From assembly GCA_001662655.1 (NCBI GenBank), contig KV460206.1: DNA of 64,000 nt. One strand, given 5' to 3'. This document shows, in pieces, positions 37,934-49,531 of this stretch. Below the pieces are notes generated by a model. That model made no database searches, was not told the origin of the DNA, and saw only the letters and a program-made list of their open reading frames with translations. Both the position numbers and the translations under genes were made by a program. This DNA comes from Pseudogymnoascus verrucosus (taxonomy: Eukaryota). How positions within the stretch are numbered: the first letter of the stretch is position 1; every line of letters starts with the position of its first letter.

Positions 37934-38637
37934 GGGGGTTGCACGGAGAATTACCGTTAACCCGTTACAGATGGATTACCAATGCTAGATAGAGAGCGGT
38001 GAGCTTTACTACAGCGTAGAGTGGTACCTGACGATCGTATATGTGACCGATGAGTTGATCATATACAAAATATCAGTAACACACATTCATCCCTATCTGT
38101 GACCCCGTAAATTTGGCATGTGCCCCTATTTTGAGGATGATGTACTGTACTGTCTGGACAGAGTTGCACACAGATTAAGCGACAGGGAGTATCTGCGGAG
38201 ACCCTGGAGCTAATAGAGGGGATGCAGTTTAAGTACCGAGGCGGGTGACAAGTCATCGCACACAGCTTAATGCGGTAAATGGGAGGTGATAAATTCGTGA
38301 GCATCTCATACGTGGTTTATATAATTAGTGCGGTATCAATACAAATATCTGCATTTACGCGTAGTAAACGTTGAAATGCAGCTGCCAAAAGCCGTTTTGT
38401 TACCTCCCACGTCTCCAAGGTCCGTTTGTTTACAGGGGAAGGGGTGAATTCGCGCTAGTAGCTTCCACTTTAGGCAAGGTCAACACGACCTCACCGCTTA
38501 TTTTCATCCTTCACCCACAACACAACCCCCCCATCCACCTCAACATACCACCCTTCACCTTTTTGCTATCTCAAGCTCCATAACTCGTCCGCAGATTTAC
38601 CTGTACATCTCCAACTTCCACCTACACACCATTCAAG

Positions 38638-40341
38638 ATGCGTGAAATCGTATGTAACATCCCTTCGATATCAGGTGCGGGAGGAGCTCATGGTAGCGAC
38701 GCGTTGTTGCTCCTGAATGCTGCCCCACATTGGACAGCTACCAAGGAGAACACATTGGCTAACTCGTGTTTTCTGTGATATAGGTTCATCTCCAGACCGG
38801 ACAATGCGTAAGAACCCTCTTCCAAAGCATATCTATTGACAATATAACTAACTTGATTCTTCAGGGTAACCAAATCGGTGCTGCCTTCTGGTGTGTAGCT
38901 CCAACGACGGCTACCTAGCCCAGCACAACATGAACCCCGACTGACCGATTTATAGGCAAACCATCTCGGGCGAGCACGGCCTTGATGGATCCGGAGTGTG
39001 AGTACAATGATCATCAGTATATGTATGGATAGTTTAAACTGACAGCTGCCAGCTACAATGGAACTTCCGATCTCCAGCTTGAGCGTATGAACGTTTACTT
39101 CAACGAGGTTGGTACATCCTATATGTGGTACCAGTACAGCAGCATCTAACATACCTCAGGCTTCCGGCAACAAGTACGTTCCCCGTGCTGTCCTCGTCGA
39201 TTTGGAGCCCGGTACCATGGACGCTGTCCGTGCCGGCCCATTCGGACAACTTTTCCGCCCCGACAACTTCGTTTTCGGTCAATCCGGTGCTGGTAACAAC
39301 TGGGCCAAGGGACATTACACTGAGGGTGCCGAGCTTGTCGACCAGGTTCTTGATGTTGTCCGCCGTGAGGCTGAGGGCTGTGACTGCCTTCAGGGTTTCC
39401 AGATCACCCACTCCCTGGGTGGTGGAACTGGTGCCGGTATGGGTACGCTTTTGATCTCCAAGATCCGCGAGGAGTTCCCCGACCGCATGATGGCCACCTT
39501 CTCCGTTGTCCCATCGCCAAAGGTCTCCGACACCGTTGTCGAGCCATACAACGCCACCCTCTCCATCCATCAGCTTGTCGAGAACTCCGACGAGACCTTC
39601 TGTATCGATAACGAGGCCCTCTACGATATCTGCATGAGGACCCTCAAGCTCACCGCCCCATCCTACGGTGACCTGAACCACCTGGTCTCCGCCGTCATGT
39701 CCGGTGTCTCCACCAGTCTCCGTTTCCCCGGCCAGCTTAACTCTGATCTCCGCAAATTGGCAGTCAACATGGTGCCTTTCCCCCGTCTCCATTTCTTCAT
39801 GGTTGGATTCGCTCCTCTCACCAGCCGTGGCGCCCACTCTTTCCGTGCCGTCACCGTCCCAGAGCTCACCCAGCAGATGTTCGACCCCAAGAACATGATG
39901 GCCGCCTCCGACTTCCGCAACGGTCGCTACTTGACCTGCTCTGCCATCTTCCGCGGAAAGGTCTCCATGAAGGAGGTCGAGGACCAGATGCGCAACGTCC
40001 AGAACAAGAACTCCTCTTACTTCGTTGAGTGGATCCCCAACAACGTCCAGACCGCTCTCTGCTCCATCCCACCCCGTGGCCTCAAGATGTCCTCCACCTT
40101 CGTTGGTAACTCCACCTCCATCCAGGAGCTCTTCAAGCGTATCGGTGACCAGTTCACTGCTATGTTCAGGCGCAAGGCTTTCTTGCATTGGTACACTGGT
40201 GAGGGTATGGACGAGATGGAGTTCACTGAGGCTGAGTCCAACATGAACGATCTCGTCTCCGAGTACCAGCAGTACCAGGAGGCCTCCGTCTCCGAGGGAG
40301 AGGAGGAGTACGAGGAGGAGCTCCCAGTTGATGAGGAGTAA
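38638..40341 (+). CDS. tub2: Beta-tubulin, five 5' introns
   Basis: [29 protein letters not shown].., GGGTGAG motif, acidic tail. E198 and F200 are wild-type. Confidence 0.99.
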
Positions 40342-40808
40342 AGTGTCTACTTGTTATGACTTGATGAGAATTTTGGCTGTTGCAAAGTCCTCAGTCAAAT
40401 CTATCGTAGCAGGGGATGTGTCCGGAATTAATTGTTATTTTCAAATGTTTGGTCTTTGAGAGCGCTTCTTTACTTCAGGCGAAGACAATTGCGAACGCAA
40501 AGAATACCTACCTCTTGAGGTTTTAACTAGAGCGAGAATCAATGAAAACACTCGTATCTTATAGGTCTGAACTCCTCGTGCTGTAAACTGTGATTCAACC
40601 CGTTCTTGAGAATACCCACGAACATTTAACTGTCTAGCTCTCACAAAGCTCAGGAGCGAATTATGGAAGATAGTTTCGTGATGTAGTCATATTTTGATCT
40701 CACAGCTAACAACTATAACATTGACGCCTACAAGCTGTGTCCTTTTTCCAGTCCCACATGTTATTCCAGACGCCAAATATTATGCCAAGAATACTGTCCC
40801 ATCTACCC

Positions 40809-42462
40809 CTACTCTTCCATCGCATCATCATTCGCACCACCACTGCCCCAAAGTCCCTCCAACTTGAACTCCTCCGCCCACTCCGCAACAATCTCCTTCT
40901 GGTCACCAACAACAGCGCCCACCTGGACCTCACCGGGAGCAAGCGTCGGCGCGACAGCCAACAGCGGTGCGTCCATCCATCCCTGAATACGTCCATCTCT
41001 CCAGTCCGTGATGACAGTCGTAGCAGCACTAGGAAGGTTGGGCACGCCGCCCTTCCCAAGACGTCCACGCTTTCTCGCAACCTGGATCAAGAAATCGTTC
41101 GTTGGGTCACCATTCGACGCCGTCACCAGAGGTGGCAGTCCGTACACCTCCATAAGCTTCGTGGTCATCTCCGGGGTCCTCGAGAGGCGCTTAAGGAGCA
41201 GCGTAACAGCCGGGACGGGATCCTCGATCTGCTTCGGCGGCACCGCGTTGAGGAGCACCAGGCGCGCGTTCTCCTCTACCTTGGACGCCTTGGTGCCGTC
41301 GTGGGTACTGGGGAACACGATACCGGGAGAGTCGAGAAGCTTGAGCTTGCTGTCGATCTTTACTTCGCGGAGGGAGGTGGTGACACCTGCCTCAGCGCCG
41401 GTGGGGCAGGATTGGCCGCCGCCGAGACGCGAGGTCAGGGCGTTGATGACGGAGGACTTGCCGACGTTGGGGTAGCCGATGACGCCGACGGAGATGGCGC
41501 GCTTGAGCTGCTTGCGGGCCGCGAAGGACTTCAGCGCTTTGAAGAGCGTGGTCGCAGTGCTCTGCACGGTGAGGGATTTGTGGTTGAATTGGTGCGCGTT
41601 GGGGGCTGGGCCGGAGGCGCGGAGGGGAAGGGTCGGGAAGTAGCGGCGGAGGTGGATGAGCCAGGCTTTGAGGACGGCGGCGGGGATGAGATCGATCTTG
41701 TTGAGGACGAGGATTAGACGCTTGCCTCCGCTTGCGGCAGCCATGACCATGCGCTCGACTTCTTTGGAGCGGGTGCCTTCGGGGTCGCGGGCGTCGAGGA
41801 CGTAGAGGATTACGTCGGCTTGGTCGACGACTTGCTTGAAGACTTTGTCGAATGCCTTTCTTGAGCCGTCCTTCTTGTTAGGCAAGGCTTGTGAAACTCC
41901 GTCGACGTCCATTCCGTCCATATCGCTGTCCTCGTCTTCGTCCTCGTCGCTGCCAGACTCCTCCTCGTATTCCTGAGCCCTGGCTCTTGCGCTTGCGAGC
42001 AAGGCAGCCATAGGGTTGGTATCATCATCTCCATCCATGTCATCCATGTTGAATTCATCCTCATCCTCATCCTCTGCCTCGACACCCTCCATCTGGGCCT
42101 CAATGTCCTTATCGACATCCTCTCCAGACTTCTTCAGAGCCTTAAGCTCCGCACGCCTCTTAACAGCCTCCTCTTGCTTCCTTATCCTCGCCTCCTCAAT
42201 CTCTGCCAGGATCTTATCTTTGTACGGGAAGAGGTTGGGGATCCCAGGATCCTTCTTCATGCGCGACTTCCATTCTGGATTCTTCTTTCCGTTCTTGCGT
42301 TCCTTTCTTTGCTTCGCGGACGAGGCCTTCTCGATCTTATGACGAAGGCGTACAGAGACGCGCTTGCTCTTGGGCTCTGCAAGAATATAAATTAGCACCT
42401 CCTCGCAATTCTGCGCACATATTGCGAGTGTTTTGCTTACTTCCTGGTTTATTTCCTGCCAT
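40809..42462 (-). CDS. NUG1: Nuclear circularly permuted GTPase Nug1/Grn1 (60S biogenesis)
   Basis: MAGNKPG|..KSKRVSVRLRHKI, KDPGIPNLFPYK, DARDP, NKIDL, GYPNVGKSS, DSPG; one intron near 42377-42440. Confidence 0.95.
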
Positions 42463-42913
42463 TGTTTCGTTGGCAGAATTTATGTGGTTAGGTTCGCTGC
42501 AACAGAAACAAAATTCCACTTCTCTATCTAATCGCGAAATTTCGGTGTGTGGTGCCAAGATTTCACCACTAAGGATGATAATCCCTGTCATTTGTGCATG
42601 CCTGATTCGTTAGGTTATGAGTTCGGACAAGTGGTTTCGCCGGACTCCCCTTCTCCTTGGGGCAGTACTCGCCGCCACATGATTTCTCGTATTTAGTATA
42701 TAAATCAGAGGAGGCCGGTTCTCTAAGACGCTACGCATTTATTTATGAGAACACGTGGTTACGAAATTTAAAGTCACCAGCAGGTCATATTGAGATTATA
42801 ACTATTTTAAAAATCTGAGAACTCGGATATTTCATACATCTTACGGCATACCGAACCGACTCTCACCACAAATCAGTCTCACTTATCACCTCGGAGAGAA
42901 ATACCAAATAAAA

Positions 42914-43840
42914 ATGGGGTCGACAAATGAAGGATCATATACCGCTCCAGCCGAGGAAGTATCCTTTGCTGGACTTCTATTTGACTTGGACGGCACAATT
43001 ATCGATTCCACAGATGCAGTTGTGAAGCATTGGCACCAGTAAGCGCCCTTCCTGTTTAAGCCTCACCAGTCACTGACCAAGCGTAGGATCGGAAAGGAGA
43101 TTGGCGTGGACCCAAATGTTATCCTGCAGACCTCGCACGGCAGGCGCAGTATAGACGTTCTCAAAATTATAAGCCCCGAGAAGGCCAACTGGGAATGTGA
43201 GTTACCACTAACCTGCGGTTGACGTAACCCACTCATCCATCTCCATTCACTTCGCATATTACCCCAAAATCACAGAATTCTCACACCCAACACTTCACCC
43301 GACTCATTTCCCACCTCCTCTCAACCATCTACTAACACGCCTCTAGATGTATGCGAAGTGGAAGGCCAAATACCCGCCCGCTACGGAGCAGACGCCACTG
43401 AGATCCTCGGCGCCCGCGCCCTCTGCGATTCCCTCTCCGCCACCACTCCTCCAGTTCCGTGGGCCATCGTGACCTCCGGAACCGCTCCCTTAGCCAACGG
43501 CTGGCTCCGCATCCTCAAACTCCCAGCCCCTGAGCACTTCGTGACCGCGGAGTCCGTGGCGAACGGCAAGCCAGATCCGCAGGGCTACCTGATGGGTGCT
43601 GAGTCTCTTAAGCTTGACCCTAAGGGGCTGCTAGTGCTGGAGGATAGCCCTGCGGGAATTAAGGCCGGAAAGGCGGCTGGGTGCAGGGTATTGGGCGTGG
43701 CGACCACGCATACGGCGAAGGAGGTCAAGGAGGCGGGTGCGGATTGGGTTGTGGAGGATTTGAGGAGTGTTACTGTTGCGAGGGTGGGGGAGGAGGGAGG
43801 AGTTGTGCTTAAGATCAGTGAGGGGTGGGTTGGAAACTAA
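42914..43840 (+). CDS. HAD-superfamily phosphatase (glycerol-3-phosphatase / 2-deoxyglucose-6-phosphatase type)
   Basis: LFDLDGTIIDS motif I, SHGRRS, IVTSG, GKPDP, EDSPAGIKAGKAAG; two introns (~43039-43087 and ~43197-43346). Confidence 0.9.
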
Positions 43841-45902
43841 TTAGACGGGTACTAGGAGGCGTAGAGAAAGGAATCTGCTTGATGTTTGTTTTGTTTTTAG
43901 GCGGCATTCCGAACATGGATATACGGAGTTACCCAAGAGGGGTTTAGAGCCGGCAACCCCAGACGATGGTACTGGGAGGTAGAATAGCAACCTTATGAAC
44001 TACCAATTACGTTTATGTTGATACGACAAGTCTCGTCGCGTATGTGACTGTAAGATGGCTTCATAAAATTGATAGGCCCTCAATGTATATCCACGGTAGA
44101 TCTGCGCTAAAGTATGCAGAGAGCGGAGCGCGCAAACAATTCTACTGCAAGCATGGATATCATTCCGTCTGTGCAGCTCTTCACTGTCCTTAGATGGGTA
44201 GAGATTACAACGAATGCAAGGCCGACGGACGCCACCAATAGATGCTTCTGCAAGGGAGATAGTGAGGCCGAATCAGGCCGAATAGCCTCCGGTTCGGGGT
44301 TTTGAGAAGGCCCTAGAGGTCTACAAATACCGCGTCTGCCCATCAGACGGAGGAGTAATATAATTCAACATGATTCTATTTTACCATACGTCGATATACT
44401 GATGTGCGCAGTAACTGTTGGGTGTATCTCTATAAAACATGGAGTAAGTGCCTTATCTACCACCATAAGTGATCCAGGTACACAGCTAACCAAGGAATGC
44501 CTCCTAGAGCATGCCTACAAGTTAAATGAACGCCTTGAAGTATCTAAGCTTCATCTACTCAACTCTTCACCAGCACAGCGACGCAGATAGCCAGCAACGA
44601 ACCACCCCCCCCTAGGATTTTTCCTGTTGGCATAGTGTACTGTGGTCCTTCTCCGGCCAATGGCTATATCAGCACAGTGACCGCAAATGCCTATCTGTAG
44701 TGGCCGCACTGGTATAACTTATTGGACGTGAAGCACTACTATTTACTATGTCAACAGCGATAAATTCTCGTGAGCGTGATCTGATTGACCCCAAAAGACA
44801 CAGAGAGAGGGGCCGCTAAAACGAGGTTCATCCCGGTGCCTTTCCTTTTGGATATCGGGTTGTTTATGTCGGCACCCCGACCTCCAAGGGGGGAAGGCAA
44901 TGGGACGGTAATGGCGATAATAGGTGTTCACAGCCTCAGCAGGTATCGTTGGCAACAGTGGGTCTCCTCTTCTCCCATCATTCGAACGATGCTATCTCGT
45001 TCTACCAGCGCCTAACTTTTGTTTCCCATGAACTAATGTCCTGCAGCTCTCAGATTTATTGATGCAGTACAAGAGTAATCATCTCCAACCAAACCCCGGA
45101 ACAGTATGGTGATGGCAAATGTCCACTGCACTGCTTTGGATGTATGGTCGAGAAAGTCTTATTACGCAACTGTATCTATGGAAGTAAGAGCTGTAAGATG
45201 GAGGTTTTGGCAAACAGAAGTAGTGCATCAGCAGAATGAGATGACGCTGGTGGAATGATGGAGGGGGAGGGGAAATGAGAGAGCGAGTGGTGCGTCTGCT
45301 TCTGAATATACCATTTACAACGCTCTTTGGTCTGCTGATAGGCGGGCAGTAATAATACGCTCACGCACCGAGCGAGCATCAGTATAGTGGTCGCAAATTT
45401 CTATTTGTAGTCACTGCACTGGTAGTTCTGCTGCGTGTCTGCGAATTATTACTGCCCGGGTACCAGCTGATCCAAGAGCTGTGGGCCGTGGTTTGTTGAT
45501 ATAGACTAATTTCGTTCCACTTGTTTCACCTGTGATGGAAAACACGTGGGATGAACCCGGCTATAGCAACAGCACCGGCACATCTCTTGGGTTATAGATA
45601 TATACAGTTTATAATAAAAGTTTCATGCTGTGTATATCACCGATTTCTCCCCATGACAAGTTCCAGTGCACTCCAACTTGGTAACAAGTAATATCTCTAC
45701 AACATTGCATACTCATGAGATGTGCCCTTGTCTTGCAGTAGATAACCCGATACGTTAATGCCGTTCTAACAGATGATATTAAGCAGGCATTGGTTATACA
45801 CAGCTGTGCGCTCCGAGCTCTCCTATTCAGGGGCTTACTTTCGTCCCCGCCAACGTTGATACAACTATCACTCTCAACCCAGCTATATACGCCATCTATA
45901 GT

Positions 45903-46304
45903 TTAAGTAGACAAAGTATTCACAACACTCTTAGTCACAACCTCCTGAATCTTAGCTGGCTCATCCGCCCCAACAAAAGTCAACGCCTCGAAATCAGCAA
46001 AAAACCCCATCCGCCCATAATTAAACGACCCCCCAGTCAACATACACATTACTCCGACACTCGCGCCCCAAACTCCCACTACGCTCTCCTACATCTGCCT
46101 CATTCGAGCTAACAAGCTGCCCTGCAAACCCTTCATCCGCAATATTGGGAATGCTCTTAAAGACATATCCATCAAACAACCCTTTCCCCTTATCCGTCCC
46201 CTTAAGAGCGTGTCCGCCATTGTTCTCCCATACGCTGTTGACGGCGTAGAAGAGCGTGTTGCCGCTTAGGGCGGGGCTGCGGCCGGAGCTGTTAGAGATG
46301 TAGT
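45903..46304 (-). pseudogene. Frameshifted 3' remnant of a polysaccharide lyase family 1 pectin lyase
   Basis: Manual translation: YISNSSGRSPALSGNTLFYAVNSVWENNGGHALKGTDKGKGLFDGYVFKSIP..GFAGQL, shift, LGRECRSN, shift, GSFNY..GFFADF..VVNTLST*. It resembles the fungal pectin lyase C-terminus (SGRSP..TLFHAVN..GHA.EG..LGR.C..N..AGN). No upstream exons are visible. Confidence 0.8.
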
Positions 46305-46340
46305 CTTATTAGGGGGGGGAGTTAGTAGTAGATATAGGGT

Positions 46341-46389
46341 ATGGGGAATGGGGAATGGGGAATGCGGAATGGGGAATGGGGAATGGGGA
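46341..46389. repeat. (GGGAAT)n-like microsatellite, G-quadruplex-capable
   Basis: atggggaatgggaatggggaatgcggaatggggaatggggaatgggg. Confidence 0.75.
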
Positions 46390-46670
46390 GTCGCTTCTTC
46401 CTCAGTTAAGGGGTCGTTCTTTCCATTTTCAAGCAGTCGTTCCTTCCTCTTCGAGTTGGCTGTTCCTTCTTTCTGTAGACGGACGGTCGTTCCTTCCCCT
46501 TTACATGGTCGTTCCTTCCTTAGTTACTGGGCCGTTCCTTCCCTCTGAAAGTCAATTGTTTCTTCCTCAGTTAAAAATGGCGTTCCTTCATTCTCGAGTC
46601 GGTTGTTCCTTCCATTTTTATGCGGTCGTTCTTTCCTTCTTTCCTTCTGCAGTCGATCATTCATTCCTGC
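46390..46670. repeat. Array of about 12 GTCGTTCCTTCC-like cores separated by ~10-14 nt variable spacers
   Basis: Reverse complement of the GGAAGGAACGAC core seen at 11.6 kb and 17.2 kb. Confidence 0.85.
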
Positions 46671-46818
46671 CTCAAGACGACTATTTCAATAAACTTCAAT
46701 AGCTTATATATACTTATAGCTAAAACCTTCCCATAAACTCCCCGCCCCCGGCCCCACCACTCCCACCTTCCAAACCAACCATATACCCGCATCCAACTCC
46801 CCAAAATTACCTCCCCTT

Positions 46819-48669
46819 TTAAACCTCATTACTAGGATACTCCACCTTAGTAGTCTCCACAAACTCCTCCTTAATACTCCTCATACTCACAAACCTCGTG
46901 AGCAGATTCACACTCCCCGCCTTATCATTCGTGCCACTCGCCCTCGCCCCCCCAAACGGCTGCTGCCCCACCACCGCCCCGGTGGACTTACAATTAATAT
47001 AAAAGTTGCCCGCACAATCCCTCAACCTCTCCTCCGCGAACCTAATCACCGCGCGGTCCTGCGCGAAGATGCTACCCGTAAGCGCGTACTCCGAGGCGTT
47101 CGAGATGGCCTGGATAGCGTTGTTGAAGTTGTTAGAGCGCGTAGACTCTTTGTCGGCGTAGACGTGGACCACGAGGATGGGGCCGAAGAGCTCGGTGCTG
47201 AGGAGGGGGTGTTTGGGGTCCGTGGTCGCGTAGATGGTGGGGTGGATGTAGTATCCCTTGGAGTTATCGTATGTCCCTCCCACGAGAAGCTCGAGGGAGT
47301 CGTCCTTGGCTGCTGCGTCGATGACGGCGGCGAGCTTATCAAAAGACGCAGCATGAATGACTGGTCCGACGAAGTTCTCAGGCTCGGTAGGCGGGCCGAT
47401 CTTAAGAGCCTTGGTCTCGGAGACGAGACGCTCTTTGAATTCTGGCCAGATGGTGGAGGGGACGTAGCAGCGCGAAGTCGCAGAGCATTTCTGGCCCTGG
47501 AACTCGAAGGCACCGCGCACGGTTTGGAGAGCTGCGTTGTCAACGGCCGCGCTGGCGTGGATGAGATGGAAGTTCTTCCCTCCCGTCTCGCCAACGATGC
47601 GTGGGTAACCAATATACCTGCCACTCGCAACACCCTCACCAATCGTGCCGTACAACTTGCGGAACACGGCGGTGGACCCGGTATAGTGCAGTGCGGCGAA
47701 TTGCCTGTGTCCCAGCACGACCTTTGTGACTTCGGCTGGGGGTCCAGGGACGAACTGGATGACGTTTGGTGGGAGTCCGGCTTTGAGGAGGATCTGGTAG
47801 AGGAGCCAGTTGGATGCGATGGCGGAGTCAGAGGGCTTCCAGACTACGACGTTACCCATCAGTGCGGGTGCGCAGGGTAGGTTGCCCGCAATGGCGGTGA
47901 AATTGAACGGCGAGACGGCGTAGACAAATCCCTCCAGCGGCCTATACTCGACTCTATTCCAGACGCCCGGCGAATGCAGAGTAGGCTGCTGCGCATACAA
48001 CTCCTCGGCATACTGAACATTAAACCTTAGGAAATCCACTAGTTCCGCAGCAGCGTCGATCTCGGCCTGCCATGCGTTCTTGCCTTGCCCCAGCATCGTG
48101 GCAGCCATCATCTGGTAGCGGTATTTCCCGGCAATCAGGTCCGCGGCCTTGAGGAAGATGGCGGCGCGGTCGGAGAAGGGCATTGATTCCCATGCTTGCT
48201 TGGCGCCGAGGGCCGAGTTGATGGCCTTTGTGACGTCGGTGCCGGAGGCTTTGGAGTAGGTGGCGATGGTGGAGGCGTGGTCGGAGGGGTTGTGTTGGGA
48301 AAGGGTATGGGAGGTTTTGACCTGGGAGGGGAGTCAGTTAGCTGTTGAGTTCGATTGGGAGCTTGGTTGGGTGGTGAACGTACCTCTTCACCGCCGATGA
48401 AGAGCGGGACTTCGAGTGGCGTCAAGCTCTGGAATTTCTTCAGAGCGCTCATGAGCCCAGCTCGTTGCGCGGAGCCTTTGGCATAGTGATGCTGCCTTCT
48501 CGTTAGTTTTCAATCGCAAGAGTTGCTGCTGTCAGCATGTTGGTGAACTCACGTTAGGTTCATTCGTAACCTTTGGGATCTTGAACGAGGCAAGGCTGAC
48601 GTTCCTCTTCGCGGTCAGGGCGCCGCGGCTGCTGAGGGCAGGAATCCTGCGCATGGTTCTGGTAGCCAT
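46819..48669 (-). CDS. PUT2: Mitochondrial delta-1-pyrroline-5-carboxylate dehydrogenase (Put2/PrnC)
   Basis: Presequence-like MATRTMRRIPALSSRG; motifs QGKNAWQAEIDAAAELVDF, SPFNFTAI, GETGGKN, FQGQKCSA, QQPFGGARASGTNDKAG; two 5' introns. Confidence 0.96.
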
Positions 48670-49531
48670 TGTTGCTTTTGATCCTCAACAGAAGAAGATC
48701 TTGAAAGAAGAGAATGAAGAGGCTTAAGAAGAAGGTCCTCCAGCGACCTTGTGGTATAAAAGTTTGGGTGAGTGACACCTCGTCTCCGCACCGGAGGGCT
48801 GGTGGGCGGCTTCCATCGGCCCCTTCTGAACCCCAATGCGACGCTATCAACAAATGAGGAGATAGCGGTGCGGGGACAGCTATCCATCTTACGTCACACT
48901 AGTTCACGTGATGGATTTTATTACGTGAGTGTATATATATATAATTGGAGAAAAGCAATCATCACATTATCACTTTAGTCCAGGAACAGAAACTGTAAGA
49001 GAATCAAAAAGGCATTGTCAGTGTTGATCTTATTATTTATACCCAATCCGCCTAATCTAAGATGTTTGCATATTATGAGGTTTCAAGCGAAATGGACAAT
49101 TAACAAAAATAAGTCAACTCAAACTCCTAGATATCATGAAATCGTTTGTTGCCGTCGGCATACATGGTAGAAAGAGTCATCGTGATCGCAATCCAATCCG
49201 TAACCCTAATTATGCTCCTCCCGCCCTTCCCCCCCTTGACTCGTATCGAGTTAATAAGTGTTCCGCCCGTCGTATATATGCACCCTATTCCCAATCGCCA
49301 TCCATGAATGGCCCTTTTTGTGAGTGCCTGGTATAATCGCTCCATCAGATCGTTGAACAAAGGAAAAAATAATGCTGTCGCTCGATGCTTTAGTACAGTT
49401 GAAAGACGAGCTCGAATGAGAATCAACGCTAGAATAGAAAGTGCTGCTGTTGGTACATGCGTATAGTTGGCGCCTTAGATAGATGCAAAGTGGAAGTTGA
49501 TTCCCGTGCTGTCGTTGCTATTAGGTTGTAG

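Noticed and set aside
39100..40188. 362-aa antisense ORF over beta-tubulin
   Set aside because: Shadow ORF expected from the strong codon bias of a highly expressed gene; no independent motifs.
40737..41717. 326-aa plus-strand ORF over NUG1
   Set aside because: Antisense shadow in a GC-rich CDS.
44100..45850. Short ORFs between the HAD gene and the pectin lyase relic
   Set aside because: No recognisable protein, transposon or RNA signature by eye.
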